The position numbers and the translations under genes are program-made. The notes beneath the pieces were generated by a model. It had not been told where the DNA came from. It ran no database searches and saw nothing but the letters and a program-made list of their open reading frames with translations. From Macrostomum lignano (lineage: Eukaryota), in contig NIVC01002258.1 in assembly GCA_002269645.1 (NCBI GenBank), positions 1-64,000 on the forward strand: 64,000 bases of DNA, read 5' to 3'. The number at the start of each line of letters is the position of its first letter. The first letter of the stretch is position 1. Of this stretch, positions 11,701-24,555 are shown in pieces.

Positions 11701-12630
11701 TGACGCTTCTATGATTTTTACATGACGCTTCTATGATTTTTACATGACGCTTCTATGATTGTTTACATGACGCTTCTATGATTGTTTACATGACGCTTCT
11801 ATGATTGTTTATATGACGCTTCTATGATTTTTTACATGACGCTTCTATGATTTTTACATGACGCTTCTATGATTGTTTACATGACGCTTCTATGATCGTT
11901 TATATGACGCTTTTATGATTTTTACATGACGCTTCTATGATTTTTACATGACGCTTCTATGATTTTTTACATGACGCTTCTATGATTTTTACATGACGCT
12001 TCTATGATTTTTTACATGACACTTCTATGATTTTTACATGACGCTTCTATGATTGTTTACATGACGCTTCTATGATTGTTTACATGACGCTTCTATGATT
12101 TTTACATGACGCTTCTATGATTTTTTACATGACGCTTCTATGATTTTTTTAAATGACGCTTCCATGATTGTTTACATGACGCTTCTATGATTTTTTACAT
12201 AACGCTTTTTTATGATTGTTTACACGACGCTTCTATGATTGTTTACATGACGCATCTATGATTGTTTACATGACGCTTCTATGATTGTTTACATGACGCT
12301 TCTATAATTGTTTACATGACGCTTCTATGATGTTTATATGACGCTTCTATGATTTTTTACATGACGCTTCTATGATTTTTACATGACGCTTCTATGATGT
12401 TTACATGACGCTTCTATGATTTTTTTAAATGACGCTTCCATGATTGTTTACATGACGCTTCTATGATTTTTACATGACGCTTCTATGATTTTTTACATGA
12501 CGCTTTTATGATTTTTTACATGACGCTTCTATGACTTTTTAGATGACGCTTCAATGATTGTTTACATGACGCTTCTATAATTTTTACATGACGCTTCTAT
12601 AATTTTTACATGACGCTTCCATGATTTTTT
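8795..12630 (+). repeat. 3.8-kb minisatellite, 22/23-bp unit ATGACGCTTCTATGATT(G)TTTAC, with ~0.9-kb higher-order duplication
   Basis: Continuous array. Rare variants recur ~890-910 bp apart (TACACGACGC at 9721/10609; TTACATTACGC near 9990/10900). Diverged seed copies lie at 7388-7480 and 8710-8790. Confidence 0.97.
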
Positions 12631-12675
12631 AGTTTTCTTGGCGTTAAAAAACTTTAATTAAAAAAACTCTCTAAA

Positions 12676-12728
12676 AATTCGAACCATCGTCCCTGCATTT
12701 AGCAGTCAGTCTGTTTACCTCTAGGCTA
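12676..12728 (-). other. Degenerate tRNA-like / SINE head
   Basis: Minus strand TAGCCTAGAGGT (A-box-like)...CTGCTAA (Ser-GCT anticodon-loop-like)...GGTTCGAATT (B-box-like). The stems do not pair, so it is not a functional tRNA. Confidence 0.3.
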
Positions 12729-13147
12729 GCTCTCATCGTTTTGATAACATCAAATTTTGCACTTATATAACTCAACACTTTTAAATCCAAGCATAGAGTA
12801 AATCACACGAAGCAGTTATGACATAATCAGTTTCTCACTCAGTCAGTATCAGTTAACAATATGGTTACGCAATTTAAATCAAGTCTGGTGCTACGCTTCC
12901 ACACTGCATTTTCAATTCAAGTCGGAGTTACAATTCAGTTATGATGCAATCTATTTCAGAATCAGAATTCAACCAGTCAGTTTTTTCTCTAGCATTCTTA
13001 CAATGCATTTCAAGTCGAAAAGTTTGCTTGACCTTTGCAAAAAAGCATGTTTTTCGAATATTTAATCCCTTTAACATGGAGCAATTTCTTAGCCAAGATG
13101 CATGTACCGTCCCAGGAAAATTTCTGATCGAACAGTGCAAGTCTCAT

Positions 13148-13225
13148 GAAAATCGGTTAAGCCATTTTTTCTCTAATCGATTACAAGCAAGCAAGCAAGC
13201 AAGATTTTCATTTTTAGTATATAGG
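13148..13225 (+). repeat. Dispersed repeat end, copy 2 (matches 2198-2270)
   Basis: Same AAAATCGGTTAAGCC...(CAAG)n...ATTTTCATTTTTAGTATAT motif with a longer CAAG tract. Confidence 0.5.
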
Positions 13226-14870
13226 ATTCTTGATTTCGTGGCCGGGTGTTTTGATCGTGGCCGGGTCTCTGATCACCTGAGACACACGATTACGTCAGAT
13301 GAGATAGAGAACCTAGACAATTACATTTTCTCTCTAGGCTCTACTCGATCTCTTTCCGATCTCCTTTCCCCAGTTTGCGTTTCTCCGTTCCGGCGTAGCT
13401 AAAAATGGCAGTGGGAGGATACGGGGTGGTAATGGCTTGGTGGCTTTTCTCTTCTTTCAGTTGACAATGACAAAATTGAAATTCATGTGATGAGTCACAT
13501 GACACAGGTTATTCATAATTGTTAATATTATTGACCATTAGATAATTTCGTGCTTTTTGGTCATACTACTCACTCAATGACGTATATTACTTTGACTTGC
13601 TCTCTTACATGTATGAGTGGAAACCCAAAGCTCTCATAAGTATAAGTAGGTAATCGTAAGCACGAAACTGGAGGTATACCTGTTCCAAAAAGTGATCTAG
13701 CTAATAATATTAATAATGAAATTAGCTTGATGCGAATTCCTGCTCATTGTACGGTAATGATCAGTAAATATTCGTCTACATCGACATTTGTAATTGTAGC
13801 TGCTGTTGAAGCCGTCTTTTTGGCTTCTTAAAAGGATTATTAATTAAAAAATTCGTCTATCCCTAATGAGTATATTTTCTCTTTCGCTGAAGCTTCCGGT
13901 TTCCTTAAGGCAGAGTATCAGAAGCAGCTAGAAGTCGCCATAAAAGTTTTTTTACTTTGCCTTGCATACACTTCGTAAAAAGACTGCAACGAAGCTCAAT
14001 CAAAGCACACCACCTCAATATTTCCGTGTTCGGCATAGCAAACACGATAATTGAAGCTGTGCAAACGAGCTGAAAGATAATCAGGCTCTAGGAGATGCTC
14101 GTGCAGGATGCAAGCTGAGGCCGTAATTAAAAGCTCCCAGCTTCCTGTAGTAAATATAGGCCAGCTGCCTACGACGGCTCCCGTGTGTGACCTAGCATGC
14201 ATGATTTGTTATTGCATGCAATTCCAGACTCTCTTATACAGAACCTGCAGCTTTAGAAGCGATTTTTTAATGCATTAATGGAAATGCTATTCTAATCAGA
14301 GTCGAGTCGGATTCCCTTTTAGCAGGAAAGTTTGATGAGGCTTCACGGATTTGTTCACTCTTCGTTGCGCCCGCTAGTTTGCTTAACACCGCTTGCTTAA
14401 TGGCAAGTCTCAACTATGAAAATTACTGAAAGAGCATTCATTTAGAGCAGGAGTCGGCAATTTTTACCTCAAGGGCAAGGTAAAGAACCTAGCGCATGGC
14501 TGCGGACCAGATGAAAGGAGAGGAGAGGCTATATAGAGGAGAGAGAAGAGGAAGAGATGAGAGAAGAGACGAGAGACAAGAGACGAGAGGAGATGAAAGG
14601 AGAGATAGGAGATGAGAGGAATAAATGAGATTAGAGAGATGTATGGAGAGAAGAGACAAAAGAAAAGAGCTGAAGAGATAAGCCTTAAGCAGCCGGATTG
14701 CTATTGTGAAGTTTTAAAGGTTTTTCAATAGACAGGCTTCGTAGGCCAGAGTTTTCCGACCCCTAATCTAGGGAATAATCCAGACAGTTGGAGTATGGAG
14801 CACTGACTTGGCGACTCTATTCTACGATCGTATTAATCTGAATTGATCGACTGATTAAGACCAAACCACG

Positions 14871-15465
<595 letters not shown>

Positions 15466-16020
15466 AAATTCTCAATTGTGAACCGATGAATTCATGCCCC
15501 TCTCCCCATGCCATCCGGCCTTATCGATTATTGATTTTCCGTTTCCTTAGTTTTTCCGTTTTCCCGTCTAAGAGCTAAATAGAAATTGTTATCCTGATTG
15601 CTTTTTCGTATCCCTTTCCTGCATTGGCCGGCACTCCGATCCCAGCTCGCATTTACTCATAGTTGCGAGGTGGGGAAATTTAATTTTCCTAATCCAAATA
15701 GGAAAATATAGTCTATCGAGATCCTTGCAAGGCTTGCGCCATACTATAGTAATAAAATTAATACTATAGCTAGTAGTAATCATTTTATTTAGCTTACCTA
15801 AGTTATTCAATACTTTAAAGCACCATTGTTTATCAAATTTCACCCAGCGAGCATACAGAAACCGGCCTGCCCTAAGGCATGAAATGAAACTTTCAGAACA
15901 TTAGCTATTTTACCCCATTTCTATTGCGCAATAGGCGTGAATGTTATACATTTAACTCTGACGGAAACTTGACCAATTATCACTCCCAGTGTCTTATATC
16001 CTATCCATCGCTTTTCTTCA

Positions 16021-17975
16021 TTCCGATTCTCCCATCCCGATTCTCCCATCCCGATTCTCTCATCCTGATTCTCCCATCTTGATTCTCTCATCCCGATTCT
16101 CCCATCCCGATTCTCCCATCCCGATTCTCTCATCCTGATTCTCCCATCTTGATTCTCTCATCCCGATTCTCACATCCCGATTCTCACATCCCGATTCTCA
16201 CATCCCGATTCTCCCATCCCGACTCTCTCATCCCGATTCTCTCATCCCGATTCTCTAATCCCGATTCTCCCATCCCGATTCTCCCATCCCTGATTCTCCC
16301 ATCCCGACTCTCCCTTCCCTGATTCACCCATCCCGATTCTCCCATCCCGATTCTCTCATCCCGATTCTCCCATCCCGATTCTCCGATCCCGATTCTCCCA
16401 TCCCGACTCTCTCATCCCGATTCTCTCATCCCGATTCTCTAATCCCGATTCTCCCATCCCGATTCTCCCATCCCTGATTCTCCCATCCCGACTCTCCCTT
16501 CCCTGATTCACCCATCCCGATTCTCCCATCCCGATTCTCTCATCCCGATTCTCCCATCCCGATTCTCCCATCCCGATTCTCCCATCCCGACTCTCTCATC
16601 CCGATTCTCTAATCCCGATTCTCCCATCCCGATTCTCCCATCCCGATTCTCCCATCCCGATTCTCCCATCCCGATTCTCCCATCTTGATTCTCTCATCCC
16701 GATTCTCCCATCCCGATTCTCCCATCCCGATTCTCCCATCCCGATTCTCACATCCCGATTCTCACATCCCGTTTTTCACATCCCGATTCTCACATCCCGT
16801 TTTTCACATCCCGTTTTTCACATCCCGATTCTCCCATCCCGATTCTCTCATCCCGATTCTCCCATCTTGATTCTCTCATCCCGATTCTCCCATCCCGATT
16901 CTCCCATCCCGATTCTCTCATCCTGATTCTCCCATCTTGATTCTCTCATCCCGATTCTCCCATCCCGATTCTCCCATCCCGATTCTCCCATCCCGATTCT
17001 CACATCCCGATTCTCACATCCCGTTTTTCACATCCCGATTCTCACATCCCGTTTTTCACATCCCGTTTTTCACATCCCGATTCTCCCTTCCATGATTCTC
17101 CCATCCCGATTCTCCCATCCCGATTCTCCCTTCCCGATTCTCACATCCCGATTCTCCCATCCCGATTCTCCCATCCCAACTCTCTCATCCCGATTCTCTC
17201 ATCCCGATTCTCTAATCCCGATTCTCCCATCCCGATTCTCCCATCCCGACTCTCTCATCCCGATTCTCCCATCCCGATTCTCCCATCCCGATTCTCCCAT
17301 CCCGATTCTCTCATCCCGATTCTCCCATCCCGATTCTCCCATCCCGATTCCCCCATCCCTGATTCTCCCATCCCGATTCTCCCTTCCATGATTCACCCAT
17401 CCCGATTCTCCCATCCCGATTCTCCCATCCCGATTCTCCCATCCCGATTCTCCCATCCCGATTCTCCCATCCCGATTCTCCCATCCCGATTCTCTCATCC
17501 CGATTCTCCCTTCCCGATTCTCCCTTCCATGATTCTCCCATCCCGATTCTCCCATCCCGATTCTCCCATCCCGATTCCCCCATCCCTGATTCTCCCATCC
17601 CGATTCTCCCTCCCCTAATTCTCCCATTCCGATTCTCACATGCCGATTCTTCCTCCCCTGATTCTCCCATCTCGATTCTCCCTTCCATGATTCTCCCATC
17701 TCGATTCTCCCATCCCGATTCTCTCATCCTGATTCTCCCATCTTGATTCTCTCATCCCGATTCTCCCATCCCGATTCTCCCATCCCGATTCTCCCATCCC
17801 GATTCTCCCATCCCGATTCTCACATCCCGATTCTCCCATCCCGATTCTCACATCCCGATTCTCACATCCCGATTCTCACATCCCGATTCTCTAATCCCGA
17901 TTCTCCCATCCCGATTCTGCCATCTCGATTCTCCCATCCCTGATTCTCCCAATCCCGACTCTCTCATCCCGATTT
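16021..17975 (+). repeat. Minisatellite, 14-bp unit CATCCCGATTCTCC
   Basis: Direct reading; explains the MGESGWENRDGRIG pseudo-ORFs. Confidence 0.97.
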
Positions 17976-19016
17976 GCCAGATTTTCACTTTGTCATCCTT
18001 TTTATCGCTGCAAGAGCTGAGTATACTATGAAAAAACTGATTGAGGCAGTGTTGGTATTCTAGCTAACGCTAATAACCCGCAAGCCTGGTCCTTATCTCA
18101 CTTTTCCCTCCTTTCGCCGGGTCCCTAGTGAATGCCGGCACTGGGGGCTAAATCTAATTTCCCCCTCGCTGCGCAGAGCGTATTTAGGACTATACACAGT
18201 TTGGGAGGGAGTATGCAAGCCTTCCCTCCTAGCTATTTTACACGCAGGCGGCGGAGGCAACATACAATGTATACAGTTTTTGGCTATAGGGCTATTTGAC
18301 AAGACTTGATGAAGCCGAGCAGGCTCGGGGGGTTGGGGGAGGGGAATCTATTTGAAGATGGGGAAAAGAGATACAAACTCGCTTCTTCTTCTTCTTCTGG
18401 TTAGGAAAACTGCGAAGGAGAGAAGGGGGTGGCGGTCAGGGTGTTCGGGATGGAAGGTGAGGTGAATCTCGAGGGGGGGGGTGGGAGGTAAAAGCGAGCT
18501 TTATGAAGTAGACTTGTCACGCCCCCCTCCGCCACCCCTCTAACTCGGTGGCTTCGAGCAGCGTGAGTGCCCCAGCAGTCTGAAAATATCGATTTTTCTT
18601 CCTTTCCCTTCTTTCCATCCTCGCCAATTTTTGTGCAGGGCCTAGACCTCAACGAATCCCGTCATCTCGATTCTCCTGCGCCGTGTTGTGCCTTCCTCTC
18701 CTGGGATGTCTTCACGTGCACTCCCAGCTTCCCTGAGCTGCTTATCTTTGAAATCTTTCTGTGTATTCCTGAAAAATATGAATTCGAGTATTAAGAGAAT
18801 CTAGCGTAGCTTTGATCAAATCTATACAGTGCCAATTTTATATAATTTGAAAATCCAAGATTTCCCGGGAACTTTCACTGGGTCCTTCTTTTACTGGGTT
18901 CGTTGCCTGTCACCAACTCTGTACTTATTTTTGAGAGCAGTCCCGTAACCTGTATTCTAAGTCAGTAATTATAAGATATAAGCATTCTGAGCCCTTCTAA
19001 CACCGCCGCTCACAAG

Positions 19017-19325
19017 GATTTGTCACTCCGAGCCCCTGGTTTGCTAAAGCACTCACTGCAGCACTGCAGTAGGGTCTGTCACTCCGAGCCCACGGTCAGT
19101 ATAGCTCGTAGGATCTGTCACTCCGAGCCCACGGTCAGTATAGGATCTGTCACTCTGAGCCCACGGTCAGTAGGATCTGTCACTCCGAGTACGGGATCAC
19201 TCTTAACAATCTGTCCCTTTGAGCCCATCCTCTATACGCAATCACTCACTCACTCGGTCGAGCATATCTTCTCTGGATCGCCCACTCAGGTCTGTCACTA
19301 AAAATCTCGGATCTGTCACTGCCAA
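19017..19325 (+). repeat. Short ~30-bp minisatellite with core GGATCTGTCACTCCGAG
   Basis: About 8 diverged units. The core is the reverse complement of the core of the 22050-22866 array. Confidence 0.85.
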
Positions 19326-20109
19326 CGGTTGCAACCGTGAATTAATATTGTGAAAGCTCATCCGTGGCTTTGGCTTTGAATGAACCAATGACTCAAACTA
19401 TTTTGTTGCAAAATGACTAGACAATGAGCGGCAGAGGATCAAACGGCGCCTTTAACAATATGCTTTTATGTACGGAGAAGACAGGGGAGGAAAGGGGCAG
19501 AAGACGTCGCAAACGAAATTAGACACTGAATCATAAATGGGATTCTGCTTTCAAAGAGGCTTTACCAGCAGCCTCGCAGAAACTGTAGCAGCAATAATTT
19601 CTCAAAGGCAGGTGGTACTCGCTACATCTTGCTTTTAGAAGAGGCCCGGCTCTGAAATTGACTCCCTCCACCTGCTCGCGTGCGAGAGGAGAAGCAAAAA
19701 ATGGGATTCGAAATCAAAAGAGACCCTTCTCCCAAGGGGAATCTCGTGCATCCTGGCGAAAGAGCTTCAGTTTGCCAATCAGGAAATATTCTGAGCAGGA
19801 GAGAAAGCTGCAAGCTTCCAATGCGGGGATGAAAAAGACAAAGAGGCGGGACGGAGTGGAGATGCTGAATTTTTTTATCAAATTTCCTTCTGCTTTTTCA
19901 ATGCGAAAAGCTATTAGAAATAAACCTTGCACATCATCTGATAAATCCACAGAGTGCTACTCGAGCGCCACTTCAAGTAGTATAGTTAGTGCATTTTTGT
20001 AAAATCAACGTAATAAATGTAACATTTTTGTTAAGTTCAATCCGACAATCCCTATTTTATAGTGCCTTTAGCGAAATCCCTAATCAGAACCCCAAAAGCA
20101 AAATCCCTG

Positions 20110-20600
20110 CACAGAGTCCCTAATGCAGAGTCCCTAATGCAGAGTCCCTAATGCAGAGTCCCTAATGCAGAGTCCCTAATACAGAGTCCCTAATGCAGAG
20201 TCCCTAATGCAGAGTCCCTAATGCAGAGTCCCTAATGCAGAGTCACTAATACAGAGTCCCTAATACAGAGTCCCTAATGCAGAGTCCCTAATGCAGAATC
20301 CCTAATGCAGAGTCCCTAATGCAGAGTCCCTAATGCAGAATCCCTAATGCAGAGTCCCTAATGCAGAGTCCCTAATGCAGAGTCCCTAATGCAGAATCCC
20401 TAATGCAGAGTCCCTAATGCAGAGTCCCTAATGCAGAGTCCCTAATGCAGAGTCCCTAATGCAGAGTCCCTAATGCAGAGTCCCTAATGCAGAGTCCCTA
20501 ATGCAAAGTCCCTAATGCAGAGTCCCTAATGCAGAGTCCCTAATGCAGAGTCCCTAATGCAGAATCCCTAATGCAGAATCCGTAACTCGAATCCCTAAAG
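20110..20600 (+). repeat. Minisatellite, 14-bp unit CAGAGTCCCTAATG
   Basis: Direct reading. Confidence 0.97.
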
Positions 20601-21107
20601 CAGAATCTTCAGAACAGTAACTCTTACAACGTAATTCTTAATGCAGAGAGAGTCCAGGGACCCCAATTGAGGAACTTTGAGCTTCAGTTTCAAAGCGTTA
20701 CTATTTAAGATGAGTTCTTGTACACACTTACTTAGTTAAAATGCAGCAAATAAACCAATTCACAAACGCATTAGTTGCTAGCTTAGTTTCCTGCGCAAAA
20801 TCAAAAGAGAAGCAGCTAAAATTTCAGTTTTATTTCATGCAGAGAACAGCCAAGCAATTTGTTGTAAGGCTACAGAATAAAAAAATTGATCGATTGATTT
20901 CGCATCCTAAAAGAATTTTAATGCGCGACGAAACTACCGTCTTCAAGTTCAACAGTAGCAAATTGCGAACACGATCATGAAAGTTTGTTCCATTTCATAA
21001 TAAGCTACTTAGAATGCTAGACAGCAGTAACATGTTGCGCGCAATAAATTCAAGTTTTTGTAATGATTTGTTATTTTGCAATTAAATGTTTAGTTGAATG
21101 TTGAGTA

Positions 21108-21506
21108 CTACTGCATCAGAGCGACAAATTCCAGATAGTTGAGGTTCCCGTCGCCGTCCTTGTCAGCGGCGGCCAGCTTGGCGGGGTCCACGGACTTGCC
21201 CAGCTTGGTGGCCAGCTGTGCGATTTCCTCCTTGCCCAGCAGCCCGTTGCCATCCGTGTCCAGGGCGCGATAGTCAGCCAAGAATTTCAGATCCGGCAGA
21301 GGCGCGAAAGTCTTATTGGCCACGGTCTCGAATTCGCCGAATTCAATCTTGCCATTGCCATCCTTGTCCACTTCTTTCATCAGTTCGGCAATCTTCGCGT
21401 CGGGCTGGTCGCTGGTGAAAGCGCGGACCAGAGCGGCGAACTCCTGCTTGTCCAGACTGCCGCTCTTGTCGGCGTCGAAGGCATCGAACAGCTGGCGGGC
21501 GCTCAT
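21108..21506 (-). CDS. Calmodulin-like EF-hand calcium-binding protein, 132 aa, four EF-hands, intronless
   Basis: Loops DADKSGSLDKQE, DKDGNGKIEFGE, DTDGNGLLGKEE and DKDGDGNLNYLE. Strong GC3 bias, AAAATG start context, upstream TATA. Too diverged and short to be calmodulin itself. Confidence 0.93.
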   Translation of the reverse strand: MSARQLFDAFDADKSGSLDKQEFAALVRAFTSDQPDAKIAELMKEVDKDGNGKIEFGEFETVANKTFAPLPDLKFLADYRALDTDGNGLLGKEEIAQLATKLGKSVDPAKLAAADKDGDGNLNYLEFVALMQ

Positions 21507-21606
21507 TTTCTTTATTGGTTGTAGCTGAAGGATGTCGCCTGGAGACTGCGGTATTGCGAACGGAAATTGGGGCGAAGAATTGTGCGAGCCGCGCTGAATG
21601 GGGCAT

Positions 21607-21613
21607 TTTTATA
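21607..21613 (-). promoter_or_regulatory. TATA box of the EF-hand gene
   Basis: TATAAAA on the minus strand ~100 nt upstream of the ATG. Confidence 0.6.
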
Positions 21614-22049
21614 AGAAATCAAGTGGACTTTGATAAGATTAGACCAGCTGGCTCTGAGTTAAATTGAAATAGCGGCTTCTAAATGGCTTCTAATCTAATC
21701 TGTATCAAAGTGGTCTGGTGGCTGACAAAACTAAATTTGTATCGCAAATTTGATTTCATTTGGCATCCAGTCTATTTTTAGAGTTGTCAAACTATTTTTT
21801 TCTCTGTTTTTCTAAATCTGAGTTGCGGCAAGAATAGAAAAAGAAAAAAAATATTCTACAGACGAGGGTCACGAGACACGTCTGCATGGCCTGGTTAATT
21901 GACAGCCTACTTATCTACCTCGCAGAGAAACGCATGGATCATTGATTTGAATTTTTTCATTACTTAGCCATGCCACAGGCCTTCGCGTGCGTCACTGTGC
22001 GTCGCGCATTTCATTCGGCTCTGAAAGTACGTATATCAGCCTTCTGAAA

Positions 22050-22866
22050 GCAGTCACCTGTCACAGAGAGTGAGCTCGGAATGACAGATCCGTGTGAATG
22101 ATCTGTTACAGAGAGGGTCACCCGGAGGGACAGATTCGTGTGAATTATTTATTATAGTGTCACCCGGAGTGACAAATCCGAGTGAATTATCTGTTACAGA
22201 GAGGGTCACCCGGAGGGACAGATTCGTGTGAATTATTTATTATAGTGTCACCCGGAGTGACAAATCCGAGTGAATGATCTGTTACAGAGAGGGTCACCTG
22301 GAGTGACAGATCCGTGTGAATGATCTGTTACAGAGAGGGTCACCCGGAGGGACAGATTCGTGTGAATTATTTATTATAGTGTCACCCGGAGTGACAAATC
22401 CGAGTGAATGATCTGTTACAGAGAGGGTCACCCGGAGTGACAGATTCGTGTGAATTATTTATTATAGTGTCACCCGGAGTGACAAATCCGAGTGAATGAT
22501 CTGTTACAGAGAGGGTCACCCGGAGTGACAGATTCGTGTGAATAATCTGTTACTGAGAGTGTCATCCGGAGTGACAGATTCGTGTGAATGATCTGTTACT
22601 GAGAGTGTCATCCGGAGTGACAGATTCGTGTGAATAATCTGTTACTGAGAGTGTCATCCGGAGTGACAGATTCGTGTGAATGATCTGTTACTGAGAGGGT
22701 CACCTGGAGTGACAGATTCGTGTGAATGATCTGTCAGAGAGAGGGTCACCCGGAGTGGCAGATCCGTGTGAATGATCTGTTACCGAGAGTGTCATCCGGA
22801 GTGACAGATTCGAGTGAATTATCTGTTAGAGAGAATGTCTCCCGGAGTGACAGATCCTGGACCTTG
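22050..22866. repeat. ~44-46-bp minisatellite with internal inverted repeats
   Basis: Unit GAGAGGGTCACCCGGAGTGACAGATTCGTGTGAATGATCTGTTACA. It contains GTCAC-n5-GTGAC and GTGACAGAT...ATCTGTTAC palindromes. Confidence 0.92.
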
Positions 22867-23624
22867 TAATTCGTCTCATTGTGCGACTGTGTCGTTGTCA
22901 TCATTATTCTACATTTTTGAAAGACTTTATGAATGTTATTTCAACGACAATATGTACTTATCAACCTTATATTGTGTCTTTGCCAGCTTTGCAAAGGTTG
23001 TGTTTTGCTAGCAATATCCTGTGTTTTGTAATTTTCATCAAGTATCCTTGTCAACCTTTTCCTGCATCTTTGAAACGGCTCTCATTCACAAGAACCATAC
23101 TAGCGTATTAAAAATCAGAAAGAACCCTCTGCTCTAGGTCTTTTAATTCCTGCAACAGTTTTCTCACAATTTCCATTTTCTGGATCGAGAATTTGAAACT
23201 GTGAAATAAATCTGACAGAAGTCAGTGCGCAATGCCTGCCGAGACATGCACAGTAACTATGCCAACAAACAAATATGCTCTGAAGCCTTCTGAGCAGCCC
23301 AGCAAAGATAAGATTGGCGAAAAATAGCGCTAGGAAAGTTAAAGCGAGGTAGCGTTTAAAATGTTTCTAAAGCAATAATATTTTCAGGCTACTTTCTGCA
23401 GCTCTAATCACTGCTCGAAGGCCACTCAGCTGAAGTCTGCGCAGCAGTTACTGTCACTGTCGTACCTGTATTAGAAGTGTTAGAAAATGTTGACCCTCGC
23501 TAAACAGCAGATCACGAGCTTAGAATACTTCAGAGCTAAGTCTAATAATAAGTCAGAGCAAGACGTGTCAAGTCGTGTTGAGGCATTCGTTTTGTCGGAT
23601 TCAATTTTGCTAGAAGGTTTTTGA

Positions 23625-23895
23625 TGTTTCCCATAAGCGCTAGGGTTGTTCAATACACCCCTGTGCGCCAATCAGCACTGCGCCTCAGTGCAGCCTTGCC
23701 AAGCCTTCAAATTTCATCAGCTCGCCAACACATGCGCCTGCAGCAGCTCTGATTTCGTTGGTCACTGGCCTTCACCCAGGCGGAGCTTCTGGACCTTCAA
23801 CAGGTAGCACCAATGTGACTATAGACACCTTATTGCGAATTTCTCGAGTTTCGCTGATCAAGCCTCGACAGGAAGCAAGCCTCAACTGCTGGACA
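23625..23895 (-). repeat. Unclassified dispersed repeat, copy B (inverted relative to 6790-7140)
   Basis: Reverse complement aligns by eye to ~6830-7140. Confidence 0.7.
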
Positions 23896-24059
23896 GATCA
23901 AAAACAAAGGAAAATTAGCGCAAAGCATGATAGCTACTATAGTATACACTAGATATGTCGCAAAAATTTCTCGTGGACTTGCGTAGCAATTTTAAAGATA
24001 TCTTTCGGGGAACCAAATATAGTAACTTGGTGACGCGGACGTCTGTTGGAGGTGCCGAA

Positions 24060-24400
24060 GGCGCCTGAATGACGAACGAGTGCTTGAAAAACTGGTTGAA
24101 GTTATTTAGCAGCTGAGGTTTGGTCCTTATTAAAGCTTGATAAGAAAAATCTGACATAGTTGCAACAGGGTGTCCATAGTCACCTGGTGTCACCCGTTGA
24201 AGGAGGCGACGGCGTCTGGATGACGACTGAATGCTTGAGAGACTAGTTGAGGATGTCCAGAAGTTAAGGCTTGCCAACTGTCGAGGTTTGATCAGAAAAA
24301 ACTAGAGGAATTCGCAACAGAGTGCCCACAGTCACTTTGTGCCACTATAGTTTAATGTCCAGAAACCGTCTGGGTGAAGAATAGTGACCAACGAAGTCAC
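24060..24400 (+). repeat. Unclassified dispersed repeat, copies C/D (two diverged ~150-bp tandem units plus extension)
   Basis: GACGA..GAATGCTTGA...GTTGA...GCAACAG(A/G)GTG(C/T)CC occurs at ~24070-24180 and ~24220-24330. Homologous to 6790-7015. Confidence 0.6.
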
Positions 24401-24428
24401 TTCTGTATACTTGTAGCAGCAGCTACAA

Positions 24429-24555
24429 GTGATTTCTCGGCGCCGGTGTCGACAATGAACTGAACGTTGGAACCCAGAACTTGGGCAGAGACTGACGGCG
24501 TACGGGCCTGATCGTTGTCATGGCTCGGCCGCTGCACATGACTTATTCGTTTGGG
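24429..24555 (-). pseudogene. pol: Aspartic protease N-terminus (pol, -1 frame), truncated
   Basis: Heptamer C CCA AAC (24555-24549) is phased X XXY YYZ just before the gag TAA. The -1 frame reads PKRISHVQ...VQFIVDTGAEKSL. Confidence 0.8.

Noticed and set aside
19658-20002. 114-aa ORF between the left minisatellite arm and the 14-mer array, as a possible transposase remnant
   Set aside because: No recognisable motif, overlapping antisense ORFs of similar size, and length compatible with chance.
22880-23300. Coding-like minus-strand stretch (SIQKMEIVRKLLQELKDLEQRVLSDF)
   Set aside because: Multiple stops and frameshifts and no recognisable family; insufficient support.
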